Shown: piece after piece, positions 13,493 through 30,300 of the stretch | Position numbering within the stretch: position 1 is the stretch's first letter | Layout of the letters: each line of letters opens with the position of its first letter | NCBI RefSeq assembly: GCF_009914755.1 | Contig: NC_060938.1 | Source of the DNA: the human T2T-CHM13v2.0 reference genome, Homo sapiens | DNA length: 64,000 bases | Strand: one strand, 5' to 3' | Notes under the pieces: generated by a model | What the model was told of the DNA's origin: nothing | What the model saw: the letters and a program-made list of their open reading frames with translations, nothing else | Database searches by the model: none | Translations under genes and position numbers: made by a program

Positions 13493-14083
13493 CTATCAGT
13501 TCTGATATAATGTTTATTTTGAAACTGCAAATTTGTTCCAAAGTAATTGATATACTAGGAAATAATTGGAACATAATTTAAATTTCACATTTGCTTGTTC
13601 AATTTCATGTGTAAAAACCTTAGATGAATACAGAAAACTTAACTCATCTGAACCTAGTTCCATAGGAACACACAAAATGTATATGCACACATACAGACAT
13701 ACTTCATATCTACACGTTACCTCAGTTCCCATGTATTATTGCCCACACCCATCTATACCTGGTATTATGACTTCCAGATTTGAGATAGCAATCCCTCTAC
13801 CACTTCACAATAATTCTCAAACTGCAAGCTTTCCAATACCCACTTCCATAAATAAATTCCAAATATTTTGCAAGAAAAGATACATTTAATCATTTAACAT
13901 ACGCCAAACTGGGTTACAATTTTTACAAATACTGAATACTGTTTTTTATGTATCACTGGTAAACTTTTTAAGTGCTGTGATCTTAACCCAATTTCTTTCT
14001 ATAAACCCTATTGTTTTAATTGCATTGCTTTGCATATTATGATGATTTTTAGGAACACAGATGTTCTCTTACAGAATAACTAA
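13493..14083 (-). mobile_element. Tigger13a-like TcMar DNA transposon fossil
   Basis: Left end 'tcagttctgatataatg'; reverse complement of right end 'gttcctaaaaatcatcataatatgcaaagcaatgcaattaaaacaatagggtttatagaaagaaattgggttaag' matches recalled Tigger13a start. Confidence 0.7.
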
Positions 14084-14269
14084 TTGCATTTAAAAGTACT
14101 GTATAATGACAAAAGACAGGCAGAGGCTGCAGGGGAGTCAAATTTTAAAAGAGGCAAACTGCACTTGGTGATATTTCCCTTTATGTGGAGTTTTTGTTGT
14201 TGTCATTTTGTTTTTTTATTTTTAATTTTTCCCTTGAAACATGCCCTAATCTTTACTAAAAGTGTATGA

Positions 14270-15115
14270 TGCAAACTGGAACCCAAGCAGAAAGCCCCAT
14301 TCTCACTATACTGATAAATTAGGAGTTAGAAATTAGAATTTAATGGTACCAGAGCTGGTAGAAACTGACCAGTGGCCCCAAAACACCAGAATTCACACAT
14401 GAAGAAATGTAAAGAAGGAAGTACATGCTAATCCATCTTTAAATGCCCTGGTCCTTCATTTACCTCTTAACTGTGTATACACGCAAGAGACTCCAAGAAA
14501 AGAGGTAGCTGGTAGACTAAGGGAAACAAATAAATGTTTAGACTGCTAATCACATCAGGGAAACAGTGTTTAGAGTTTCAGTCCAGCTAAGCTATCTGCC
14601 TGCTAGAACAAAAATAAATTATCATCAGATTTATACTATAATAGAACTCTGTAATATACTACCGACAACGGCCAGGATGTAATTTTTAAAATTTAAACAA
14701 AAAAAAATAAAAATAGAAACAGGGAATGTGACATATAATCAGGAGAAAAAGCAGTTTAATTGAGCCAAAACTAAAATAACTTATGTTAGAATTAGCAGCC
14801 AAGCATTGTAAACACCTATTTAAAATATGTTCAGTGATTTAAAGAAAATATGGTCATAATGCAGAAAGATACTGGAAATATCAGTAGGCAAAGATTAACT
14901 ATGAAAAAAAACAAATAGGAATTTAGAAATGAGAAATAGAATAAAACAAATTAAACACAAAGTTTACTAGATGGCCTTAACAGCAGATGAATCAGTCAGT
15001 AAACTTAAAAAGACCAGCAGAAATTATCAAGTCTGAAAAACAGAGAAAAAAGGGATTGAATATAAAAAAGAGAGCCTCAATGACCTGAGGGATGATGTAA
15101 AGGAGGCTAGAATAT
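14270..15115 (+). mobile_element. Ancient L1M 5' UTR/ORF1 remnant (continues at about 17168-18540)
   Basis: ORF1-like 'agatggccttaacagcagat...gagagcctcaatgacctgagggatg'. Confidence 0.65.
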
Positions 15116-15214
15116 ATACATACATATGTATGTATGCAAATAAAACTGTGTTTTTCATATATATGTTTTTTCATATACATGAAAAAACAACATGCAAATA
15201 TCAGTTCTATTTCT

Positions 15215-17490
<2,276 letters not shown>

Positions 17491-18540
17491 TATACTTGAA
17501 GAATCAAAAATATCATTGAAACTCAAGCAAAACAAATAGGAAAAAAAAGCAACTTCTAAACGCATCATAATTAAGTTGCTGAAAACTTTATAAATGTGAA
17601 GAAAAAATCATGAATGTAGCTAGAGGCAGCAGCAAGAGGCAAATAATAATATGCAGAAACATGGAAATTTCATCAGAAATAATGATCAGCAATAGCTAAT
17701 GAAACAAGTGTTGAAGGAAAAAGTATCTATCTAGAATTCTGTATCTTAAAAACAGGTCCTTCAAAATGAAACATATAATAAAACTTGGGTCTATAGGAAG
17801 GAATGAAAAGAGCCATCAATGTTACACAGGTAGCTAAACAGAAAACATTTTTTCCTGCCTTAATTTCTTAAAATAACCTAAAAACTTTAAATCAAAAATT
17901 AATATTATTTATTAGAGGTTTCATAAATTATATAGATGATTTGTACTTATAATAGCACAAAAGATGAGGGAAGAGATATGAAACTATCCCATTCGAGCTT
18001 TTTAAGTCTTACACGAAATGATACCATATTAATTGTAAGTAGACTGATAAATTGAGCATGTATACCATAATAACTACAGAAACCACTAACAATAATGTAA
18101 AGTCATAGTTTGAAAACTAATAGAGGAATTAAAATATATAATGAAATTGTTTTATTAAGTCAAAAAAGTCAGGATAAAGAAACAATTTTATAACAATGAG
18201 ACCAATAAAAAGTCTGTGAACTGACAGAAGCAAATCTAAACATATTAATAATTGCATTAAAGGTAATTTGACTAAAATATTACAACATATGAAAAAAATA
18301 TTTAAAGATAATCACAGACCTAAACTTAAACACAAAGGTATAAAGTGTAAGGAAAAAGTTGAAGTATATCCCTGGGACCTAAGAAAAATATTTCTTAGAC
18401 AGTATATAGAAAGTATCAGCCATAAAATTATTTTTAAGTATTCTTTTTCAAAGTTAAACACAACTTCTATTTATCAAAAGACATCATTAAGAAAATAAGC
18501 AAGCTCAAGATGAGGAGAAAACATTTAGAATACATACATA
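17491..18540 (+). mobile_element. Ancient L1M ORF1/ORF2 remnants
   Basis: 'catcataattaagttgctgaaaac', 'ttcatcagaaataatg', 'ctagaattctgtatc' are old L1 ORF1 motifs. Confidence 0.6.
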
Positions 18541-18542
18541 TA

Positions 18543-21062
18543 GATAAAACAGGATTTATCTCTTACATGCAAGGATGGTTCAACATATGCAAATCAATAA
18601 ATGTGATACACCACACTGACAGAATGAAGGACAAAAATAATATGGTCATCACGGTAGACATAGAAAAAGCATTTGACAAAATTCAACATCATTTCATGAT
18701 AAAATTTCTTACAAATTATGTATAGAAGGATTCTACCTCATCATATGCAATAAACCATATAAAGACCATATAAAGAGCACAAGCCCATTGCTAACATCAT
18801 ACTCAATGGTGAAAAACTGCAAGCTTTTCCTCTAAGATTGAGAATAAGACAAAGATGCCCATTCTCACTGTTTCTGTTAAACATCGCATTGGAAGTTGTG
18901 CTCAGAGCCATTAGACAAGAGAAAAAAACAAAAGGAATCAAATTGGAAAGAAGAAAATTGTCCCTCTTTGCAGATGACATAATTTTATATCTAGAAACCA
19001 TAAAGATTCCACCAAAAAACTTTTAGAACTAATAAATAATTCAGCAAAGTGCTAAGATTTAAAAAACATGCAAATATCAGTTGTATTTCTATACACTGAG
19101 TTATTTGAAAAAGAAATTAAGAAAACAATCTTATGCACAACAGCATCAAAAAGAATAAAATACTTAGAAGCAAATGTAACCAAAATGAAGGATCTGTACA
19201 CTAGAAATTATAAAACATTGAAAAAAGAAATTGAAGAAAACACAAATAAATGAGAAGGTATCTCAAGTTCATGGACCAGAAGAATCAATATTATCAAAAG
19301 GCCCACACTGCCTAAAGCAATCTACAGATTCAATGCAACCCTTCTAAGAAATCTAATGGCATTTTTCTTAAAAATAAAATAAGAAAAATCTATATGGAGC
19401 CACAGAAGGCCCTGAATAACCAAAGTAATCTTTAGCAACAAGAACAAAGTGAAAGTGTCACATATCCTGATTGCAAAATATACTACAAAGCTCCAGTAAT
19501 CAAAATAGCATGGCACTAGCATAAAAACAGATACATTGAACAATGAAACAGAAGAGAGCCTAGAAATAAGTTCACGTATTTATGCTTAGTTGATTTGCAA
19601 CAAAGTTGCCAAAAACATACAATGAAGAAAGTACAATCTCTTCAATAAATGGTGTTGGGACAACTGCATATCCATATGCAGAAGAATGAAATTGGACCCT
19701 TATTTCACATCATATACAAATATAAACTCAAAAGTGATTAAAGACTTAAATGTAAGGCCTAATGCTGTAAAACTACTAGAAGAAAACCTATGGAAAATGT
19801 TCCATAACATTGATCTTGGCAATGATTTCTTGGATATGACACCAAAAGCACAGGCAACAAAAGCAAAGATAAACAAGTGCAAATACATAAAACCAAATAA
19901 AAAGTTTTTGCACAGTGAAAAAGAAACAATAAACAAAATAGAAAGGCAACGCTTAAGTTAGAGAAAAATATTTGCAAATCATATATCTGTTAAGTTAATA
20001 CCCAAAATAAACATGGAAATTCTATTATTCAATAGCAAGCAAACAAGAAACTTGGTTTAAAAATGGGCAAAGGACCTGGACATTTTGGACATTTGTCCAA
20101 AGAGGACATACAAACAGCCAACAGATATATGAAAAGATACTCAAGTGATTACTCATCAGGGAAATACAAATTGAGTTTATTACCTGTTAGTATAGCTAGT
20201 ACCGAAAACACAAAAGATACCTAGTGTTGGTAAGGATGTGGAGGAAAGGAAAAGTTTGCACACTATTGGTGTGAATGTAAATTAGTATAGCCATAATAGA
20301 AAACGGCACATAATTTCCTTGAAAAAATGAAAATTGAACTACCATATGATCCAGCAGTCCCACAACTGAGTACATATCTGAAGGAAATGAGATCAGTATG
20401 TTGAAGAGATATCTGCACTCCTTTGTTGACTGCAGTATTATTCACGATAGCCAAGATATGAAATCAATCCATTAATGAATAAATGGATAAAGAAAATGTG
20501 ATATAAATGCATAAATATGTATACACAAAAACTATTATTCAGCCTTAAAAATAAGAAGTAAATCCTGCGATTTGTGAGAATATGGACGAAGCTAGATGAT
20601 TAGATGCTAAGTAAAATAAGTCCGACACAGAAAGACAAATACCACATGATCTCACTTATATATGGAATCTAAAAAAGTCAAACTCACAGCAACAGAGAAC
20701 AGAAGGGTGGTTACCAGGAGTGGGGTAGGGAGGGGGAAATATTGGTCAGAGGGTACAAACTTTCAGTTATGAGTAGAAGAATTTCTAGAGATTTAAAATA
20801 TATAGCATGGTGACTATAGTTAATAATAATGTATTGTCTATTTGAAATTTGCTAAGAGAGAAGATCTTAAGGATTCTTACCATTCATTAAAAAGGTAATT
20901 ATATGAAGTGATGGATATGTTAATTAGCCTGATTGTTTGTGGTAATCATTTCGCAAGGTATATTGATTGTGGTAATCATTTCTCAATGTATATTGATATC
21001 AAAACATGTTGTACACCTTGATGATTTTAATTTGTCAATTTTACCTCAATAAAACTGAAAAA
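18543..21062 (+). mobile_element. 5'-truncated L1MA7/8-like LINE (RT region to 3' end)
   Basis: [58 protein letters not shown]; L1MA 3' UTR ending 'ttgtcaattttacctcaataaaactgaaaaa'. Confidence 0.9.
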
Positions 21063-22259
21063 GGTGATGTTATAAATAAATGGACAAAGCTAGAATTTTT
21101 AAATTTTGGATTTTAGCCATTCTATCTATATAATTTCTACACTGGTCTTGTTTTATGGTTATTACATAATATATAAAATATATAAATCTCTCTGTGTGCA
21201 GTAAAATTTTCCTCATTCTCCCAAAATCTTTTTAGTAAAATTATATTTTGTTTGAAAAACAAACATAAAAAATAGGAGAATAAAATAAAGAAATGCAACT
21301 TGTGCCTGTACTCTGAAAATAAACAATTCAAGAGGTACCATACATTCGTATATTTAAATATATTTTACTCATTGTTAATGAATATATTTTTATTAAATTA
21401 TTGACTAATGCAAAGTGTTACAATAACACTCCAGTGTGTCATTTTCTTTTAAAACAAAAATTAAGGAAGTAGAAAAGGAAAGTTAGAAAGATATCACAAG
21501 GTATCCATTCACCTGACTTTAAAACAATAATATATAGTTGTGTTCAACTTTTTTGAAATTAGAAGCCCTGAGGATGCAAGAAAAATAAATTTGATTGTAA
21601 TGGAATCGTCACCACATCGTAGTGTAGCCTATTAATTTAAAATATGAGTCTGTTAAGTAATGTGTAAATTCCTGAGCTAGTCATTCATGATCTTCCACAG
21701 TATGTAATAGGCCCCTTACTACCTAGTCAAACTTAGCTGCATTCACACAAACTCCTATTCTTCAATCAAATAATAATTCTCCCTGCCCCTTTTACACACT
21801 ACATCAGTTCCTACCACTCATTATACCTGTACTTATGCTAACTACTAAAAAATTATCTTTAACGTTTCTTCCAGGTCACACCCTTCCTTTAATTATCCTA
21901 TGTTATTGTTTTCTCAAGAAGGTGATGCTATACTTTTCATTTCTAGAGTAGAACGAGATGGGAAAAAGTACAAAACAAAGGGAAGACTAGAAAATTCTAG
22001 AAGTATTTTTGTAGCCTGAGTCATATTGTCAGTGTATAGATGTACTAATAGCTGAAGTATTCATATTACAAAACAGTCATTGTATATATTTTTATAAAAT
22101 TGTGTTAACAACACATTTAGTCATTTTGTAAAATCTATCAGTTTTATCCCATCTCCTGACAATATATAGTAATTTATAATCTCCTTAGAGCAGAAAGCAT
22201 TTTGTATTTAACATAGTACTTAGTTTGAGCTAACCATATCATCTTGATTTTACCTTCCC

Positions 22260-22925
22260 CTTCCTCCATACTACTCCTGTACTTAATTCATCATCTCTTA
22301 CCCAGACAGTATCAGTAGCTTCCTCGCTAATCTCTCTGCTTCCTGGTTTTCTACACTAATTCATACTTCACATGCCTAGGGAATGACATTTTTAAAAAAA
22401 AAAACATACAAACTGCCTACTTAAAACATTGTAGCATTTGCTCATCTCCCAAAACCTAAAGTCTCAAGTCAATTACACAGACTATAAAACCCTCTACTCT
22501 ATAACTCTTTGCCCCGGTTTTCTTTTCCTTCTCACCTTAAATGTGAACTCTGCACTACTGTTCTTCCCAAAGGCTTTCATATCTCTGAACACATTTTGTT
22601 TTTTTCAAGCTTCCATAGGCTCTTCTATTCCTCCCTTTCCTCCATCCCACCCTCTATACACATCTGAAACAGTTCTCATTTCCTTGTCTCCTTGGTAGGT
22701 GTCCACCTTCTTTCAAATGTCTTCTCCAACATTTCCTCCTCTATGAGGACTGCCCAGACCTTCCCAGGTCCATCCTTCTGTGGCATCAACCTTTTATGTG
22801 TCTGCACTGCAAGACTAAAACCTAGAAAGTTAGGGTATTTGTGTGTCTGTTCTCCTATGATCTGGCTCATGGTAGATGATCTAGAAAAGTTTGTTGACTA
22901 GATAAACAGAATTGTGTCCAATAAA
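22260..22925 (+). mobile_element. L2 remnant (strand uncertain)
   Basis: 'catctcttacccagacagtatcagtagcttcctcgctaatctctctgcttcc' and terminal 'ctggctcatggtagatgatctagaaaagtttgttga' resemble L2. Confidence 0.6.
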
Positions 22926-23064
22926 CAGTTTTCTGCTTGATTTGTTACAAGTATATTTTGGTTCAAGTGTCAGTAACTCAAGCTAATGTAAGCATTAAAA
23001 AAACACTGATAATTTTTTTCTAACCATTGGAAGCAAAGAGATTCTGGCTGAGCTTAAAAACAAA

Positions 23065-23340
23065 TATATGTGTGTGTGTGTGTATATATATATATACACA
23101 CACACACATATATATGTATATGTATATATATTATATATACACACACATATATATGTATATGTATATATATTATATATATATAAACAAATATATATATACT
23201 AACATGTAATTATATTCACCAAATTTTAATTTGGTGTGTATATATATATATATATACACACATATATATGTATATGTATATATAATATATATAAAACAAA
23301 TATATATATACTAACATGTAATTATATGAACCAAATTTTT
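23065..23340. repeat. Compound (TG)n(TA)n(CA)n microsatellite with internal ~120-bp duplication
   Basis: 'aaacaaatatatatatactaacatgtaattatat..accaaatttt' occurs twice. Confidence 0.9.
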
Positions 23341-25709
23341 GAAAACATCTTATAAAAATAAATGGATATAGAACACTCAAGAAAGACATTAAATGTATAC
23401 AGCAGTCCTCAGTCTTAATGTGTTTCTCAATTCATCAAATCACTTAAAGGTGATTATAATTTCAATGTTAAACTTCAACATTTCTACGTTTTAGAAACCA
23501 CCCCAGCCCTCTGGAATACAGCAGTCTGAACCATTCTCTTCAAGCAGGAACCAGAGACAATCTTCCTGCTTGATTGTCCTAGGGGAACACAGGAATAATG
23601 CACCTAAAAACCAGGATAAGGAACAAACTAAATTCAGTAGAAGATTACATATATAATTGAGGAGAAGACAATCATGTCTTTCTTCCAAGAAATTTTATAT
23701 TTGCCTTAACATTTTCATACTTCTGAAAAAAATCTTCTCACATTAAAATAGGTAATAGAATTGTTGGCTTTAGTCAACTCTAACTTGATTATTTTTAAGC
23801 TATTAATGCGACATTTTTTAATGTACTTTGAGGAAAATTCTCTTTAGCATTTTGGATGTCAACAAAATCTAAGATCATTTTGTTTGTTAGAAAATGAAAC
23901 ATGAGAATGTATCAAGATACAGTTGTCAGCCTCTTTTTGGAGTTACACTTTGGAGTACTGGTTGGATGTTGGAGGATGCAATCAAGTACTTTGCATAGAT
24001 ACAAAATGCTGTGCTTAACCATTCCCCCCCTTCCCCCTCCCCCAATTCCCCTGGATTCACTCTAAGCAGCATTCATTGTAATTAAGACACTCAGATAAAA
24101 TAATCCTCAAAACTGCCATAGCCCTCACCAGGCAATATGATAAAGAAACTATTTTCACCAACTCTTGATATAATAGCACTTTTTACTGAAAATCACTACA
24201 AAGATAAAAGAAAAAGAAGACTTTCAATAAATGCATACTTATTTAGAACAGGTCCACCACAATAGGAAGAACTAGTAATAGGAAGAATATACTAAAGCAG
24301 CTAGTTCCCTTGGAAGACAGAACCTGCTGAATTCTGAGCAAGTTGTAACATTAATATACTACAGCAGAAATGTCTTCAAGTAAAAAATTATAAAAATGTA
24401 ACCTTGAGAAAAAAAAACAAACTAATCAGCAATCTAACTCTAACTTATTAAAAATGGCTCTTGCAATTATCCCTGAGATTTCTTACCAAAAAGGAAGCCT
24501 ACAGGGATCTCATGCTTTCCAGAGTTAATTATATCAGCAATTTCTCCAAGTGGAAAGTATTTTGCAGAGTGGAATCTTAAGAGTCCTTATATACATTGAG
24601 TGCCTGAGCAATTCTTAGGAATATGTCTGCTGAACAATATTTTTGAATATCCTGTCTCTGAATAGTAATATTTGGTAAAAAAAAAAGAAAAATCACCCTG
24701 ATTTCCACTGAATGTTTGCCATATTAAAATCTATATTAATAATATTAATTTTCCAACCTAAATTACTTCTTTATTCTAATTACTCTAGGCCACTTGTTAA
24801 TTCATTTATTCTTTTCTCCCCAGTAATGCATAATTAAACATCCTAATAATCCAAATTTCCAAATGATTTACATTGGAAAAGATGACAAAATTATGAATAA
24901 AGTATATAGTTTTTTCAGCTTATCCTGTCCACATCAAGCTTAAGTACAACACAGTATTATAGATGCTTTGCCCACTTATTAGTTCATTCAACTCATCTTT
25001 TCTGAGTATGGTTTGTGTTAGGTAATGTGCTAGGTGCTACAGACTGATTAACGCAAAACAGGCTTATTGTACACCAGAATGCCAGTGTGTTTATTTCCAA
25101 ACACGAATACTCATGTCCATTATCCACAGGAGTTCTTACCAGTACAGAACTTCTAAGCAAATAACCTCAAAGTCTCTTGATGAGCATTGAATCAGAGCAA
25201 AGAGAATTAGATTGTCTTGAGTGATATTTCATCCTGTCTGCACAGAAACCTGATGAACTATCTCTTCTTCACAACAAAATAGATGTCCCTTGTGATTTAA
25301 ATATCTGTGTCTGCCAGACACAGTTTCTCTTTTATTTTGGGCTGTGCTTCCTAAATACTTACAAATTCTATCTACTTTTCTGTTATCCGTTAATGCTTAC
25401 CACATCATTACTTCTGAAAACAAGATTACAACACAATTGAGTGACTTTCATCTTTCTTCAGTCTGGGGATACACTCTGATCCTTTTGATTGGACTTGATA
25501 TCTCCCATGTCTCCAATGACAGCACTTACCAGGGCATCTTCTCCTAAGGTATTTCTTAAGATTACTAAGTTGTCCATTTTATGTGGGATTGTGTTTGCTT
25601 TTTTACCATTTTAAGTGTGGAAACTTATCCAAATCCTGAGGCTACTTTGAAGATTTCTACATACTGAGGTTTCTGAAGTTTTTTCACACATGTGTATTTT
25701 ATCAAAAAG

Positions 25710-26050
25710 AGTACTTTAAAAAGGAATAAAACATGAAATACGGATACATGCTACTATGTCCATTAACTTAAAAAGTACTATGTAAGTGAAAGAAGCAATT
25801 TCATATTTTTATGAAATATCTAGAACATACAAACCCATAGAGACAAAAGACAGATTAGTGGTTGCCTGGGATTGGGAGGAGGAGGGAATAGAAAGTAACT
25901 GTTTAATTGATATGAAGTTTTCTTTTGGGCTTGATACAATATTTTAAACTAAACAGAGGTGGTCCTTGCACAACATCATTAATGTACTAAATGCTACTGA
26001 ACTGTTAACTTTAAAGAGGTAATGTTATATGAAATTCACCTAAAGGAAAT
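25710..26050 (+). mobile_element. L1MB-type 3' UTR
   Basis: 'cccatagagacaaaagacagattagtggttgcctggga...gcacaacatcattaatgtactaaatgctactgaactgt'. Confidence 0.8.
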
Positions 26051-26335
26051 GTTGTTTTAAAAATAAAAGCATGCTAGAGAATTAAAGCAGGATGATAAAT
26101 AAAACATTATAAAGTAAAATAGCAATAAGATAAAATCACATATTTTATATGCTATATATATACACACACACATATATATACATACGCAAATCAGATGGAT
26201 CAATTTTGATGTGAAAAAATAATGACTGTGATATGCTGATGTATTACAACTGGATAATTTACCCAGAAGAACTTTCTACTAGAAAAGATAGCTTTAGCAT
26301 AAAGAAGAAGGAGTAGGGATAGAGGACTGAATTTG

Positions 26336-26613
<278 letters not shown>

Positions 26614-27114
26614 TAATTTGGGGGGCATATGTTAGTTTTGAAGGGTTATTGGTATTCCTAGGCAGAAAAGTGAAGCAGGTAATTAGAAATTAAAGTTTGA
26701 AGATCTTGACACTTACAACAGCATCCAAAATTAACGATATGTATTTGAGGGTCAGGTGAATATAGTCAAATGAACAGGTACGCAGAAAGAAAGTATAGCA
26801 AGGAATAAGAATTAGTACCATAAAGAATACAAGCTTTTGAAGGGGAAAGTAGAAAATTGTGAAAGAGAAATCAGAAAAATCAGCTGAGAATGTGTAGTCA
26901 GAGAATAAAACTATTTATAAAACTAAATCAATAATCATGAGATACCTATTTGTCCCAGACCTGAGACACACCAAGGAACACTTTTCTATGTTCAGTGACA
27001 GGAGGTATCTTATCTGGATTAATACTGTATTCCAAGAGTATGACAAAGTATCTTGCACATATTCATCTATCTGGTGTTATATGCTCTTCAAGTACACACA
27101 GAAAACATAGCCTT

Positions 27115-27368
27115 ACTCAGAGGAGTAGTTTAATAATCTTTTCAGATACTGGTGGAGGGTCTTCTTTAATACATCATTAAAATTCATCAGTGGTAATTTC
27201 TGAAAGATTAATTGGAGGGTGAAAACATTATCAGTGAGCTTTTCATAGTCTTTCATATTAAGTGTATCAGTTTTTGTGTACCCTAAATGAAACATTTTAC
27301 CCATTTGTGATTTGGTAACATAACATATTTGAAAACTATTGACTCATTATACAACATAAAAATAAATA
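27115..27368 (-). mobile_element. Charlie1 (hAT) transposase fragment, downstream part
   Basis: Reverse complement 'tttcagaaattaccactgatgaatttt...attaaagaagaccctccaccagtatctgaaaagattattaaactactcctc' matches the recalled Charlie1 C-terminal region. Confidence 0.75.
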
Positions 27369-27372
27369 TGGA

Positions 27373-30300
27373 AGGGGATAAGATGGTCAACAAAATTATT
27401 GAGTAAACTACTGTAATTTGGGCAGATATTCCAAGAGAAGATCTTGCTGAGAGTAAAAAAATGGGCAACATTGAAGTCAAGGGTGAAGAGGGAGGAAGCT
27501 GGGAACCCTGTGCTGGGCACCTGAATGCCAAGGCTAGGTCCTAGTCCTAAATGACTCCTGGGAGAGTGGTGAGTGAGGGAACAAAGGGATGGCTCAATCT
27601 CCCTGCATATTTCTAGGATCCTAGCTACAGGGGACCCCATGTTCCCCATCCCTACAAACATGTATGCTGGCAGGGGGATCTTTCCATGGAGTCTTGGACA
27701 GCACAGAGCCCAGGAGCTTTTGTGTGCTGGACAGCTTCAGCTAAGAGCAGCCATAGACGTGCATCCTCCAGGGCTTCCCACCCACCTCCAGGAAGCAGAG
27801 GCTGCAGTTGACCTCCAAGCCAGGAGAGATCAGGGCCACCTTCCCTACGGGACTGGGGCACATCTGCTCTGCAAGTTCTCATGCCTGCTGACCCCTCCCA
27901 GGGTTCCTGCCTAGCCGCCCTGCAGGAGCATGTGCACAGCCCAGCCCCCACAGCTCAGCCTGAGTGTATTGCGGGCACTTTTACAGTGACCCAGGAGCAC
28001 CTGGATCCACCAGCACAGCTGGAACCCAAACCTGAACCAGGACATTTCAGTGTCCTCAGGGCTTCAGCATGTAGCTCAGCTGTAGATCACCAAAATCTAT
28101 GGCCTGCACTCAAGAAGAGGAGGAGGCCCCACCCTCAGAGAACTGAGAAGAATGAGACACATGGGTTCCTGGACAGGGGTAGGAGTGGGGCATGCCTCCC
28201 TCCACAGGGCTGGTCCAGAGAGAGTGTGGCATATCTCTCTGCTGCAGTCTTTGCCTGAGAGGCCTCTGTGGGCTAGAACACCTAACAAAAGAAATGTAAG
28301 TGCATTCCCAGTGATCAGAGGGGCTCCCCCAAAGTCCAAGAGTAGACCTGGCATGGGGTGAGGAGTATCTCCCTTCCTCCACCACTTCAGAGCTGCAGAA
28401 GTCTGCAAATGCAAGGAAGTACAAAAGAGCCATGTGACTGGGTATTAATCTAGCTAGTGGCCATAAATCTTAAGCACCACCAACTGAATTGCAACCTAAA
28501 GTATAACACCAAAAATGTATCCCTGTAATATACACAGCTTTGAAAACAGGTGCAAAAATTCACCCACACATAAAGATCCTATACAGAGCCTTGGCCCTCT
28601 GAAAGCATCCAGAAAGAAAGCCAACTGACTACACTCACTTACACCACAGTTAAAGGAACACCAATCTTCCCAGATAAGAAAGAACCAGCAAAAGAACTCT
28701 GCCAATCCAAAAAGCCAGTGTTGCCTTACTTCCAAATGAGTCCACCAGCTCCCCAGCAATGGTCTGAACCTGTCTGAAATGACAGACATAGAATTCAGAA
28801 TCTGGATGGCAAGGAAACTCAGCAATATTCAGGAGAAAGTTGAAACCCAATCCAAGGAATACAAGAAATCCAGTAAAACCATTCAAGAGCTGAAAGATAA
28901 AAGCCACCTTAAGAATCAAACTTAACTTATAGAGCTGAAAAACTCACTACAAGAATTTCATAATATAATCGGAAGTATTAGCAGTAGAATAGACCAATAT
29001 GAGGAATGAATCTCAGAGTTTTAAGGTCAGTTCTTCAAATCAATTCAGTCAGACAAAAATAAAGAAAAATGAATTAGGAAAAATGAACAAAACCCCCAAG
29101 AAATATAAGATTATGTAAAGAAACCAAATCTATGATTCATTGGCATTTCTGAAGTAAAAGGAGAGAGAATAAGCAACTTGGAAAGTATACTTGAGTATAT
29201 AATCTATGAATATTTCTCTAATCTCACCAGAGAGGTTGACATGCAAATTCAAGAAATACAGAGAACTTTGACTAGATACTATGCAAGGTGACTATCACCA
29301 AGGCACCTAGTAATCAGATTCATCAAGGTCAATGCAAAAGAAAAAATCTTAAAGGCAGCTAGACAGACAGGTCAAGTTACATACAAAGGGAATCCCATCA
29401 GGACAGCTGCAGACCTCTCAGCAGAAATCTTACAAGCCAGAAGAGATTAGAGGACAATTTTCAGCATTCATGAAGAAAAGAATTTCCAACCACAAATTTC
29501 ATATCGTGCCAAAGAAGCTTCATAAATGAAAGAGAAAATGAAATCCTCATCTGACAAGCAAATGCTGATGGAATATGTTTCAATTAGCCTTAAAAGAGTT
29601 CAACAGAATGATACCTGCTATCGCAGAAACACACTTAAACACATAGTCCATTGTCAACAGTCACTATAAAGCAACTCACAATAAAACCTACAGAAAAACC
29701 AACTAAACAAAAGATGACAAGATCAAAATCACACACATGGATACTGACTTTGAATGAAAATGGGCAAAATGCCCCCACTTAAAAAACAGAGTGGTAGTCT
29801 GGATAAAAATACAAGACACAGCCCTCTGTTGTCTTCAAGAGACCCATCTCACCTGTAATGACACCCATACGCCCAAAGTAAAGGGATGAAGAAAGATCAG
29901 CCATGTAAATGGAAAACAAACAGGAATCACTCTTCTTATATTAGATGAAACAGTCTTTAAACCAAAAACCTTAAGGACAGTGAGTGGTATTACATAATAA
30001 TAAAAGGTACAATCCAACAAGAAGCCTTAACTATCCTAAGTATATATGCACCCGACATTAGAGCATCAAGATTCATTTAAAAGTTCTACTTAGCCTATGA
30101 AAAGACTTCGAGAACCACGCAATAATGGTGGGAGACTTCAACACCCCACTGACAGCATTAGACAGATTATCAAGGCAGAAAACCAACAAAGATCTCTGGA
30201 CTTAAAACTCAACAATTGACTGATTAGACCTAATAGACATCTACAGACTACCATAACCAATAACTACAGAATATACATTCTTTTAATCTGCATATGGAAC

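Noticed and set aside
20937-20996. Small tandem duplications (30 bp here; also about 30400, 37256, 44200, 48920)
   Set aside because: Ordinary slippage duplications with no array or spacer structure
27573-28433. Cluster of 100-125 aa ORFs on both strands
   Set aside because: GC-richer 5' UTR of the old L1, where stop codons are scarce
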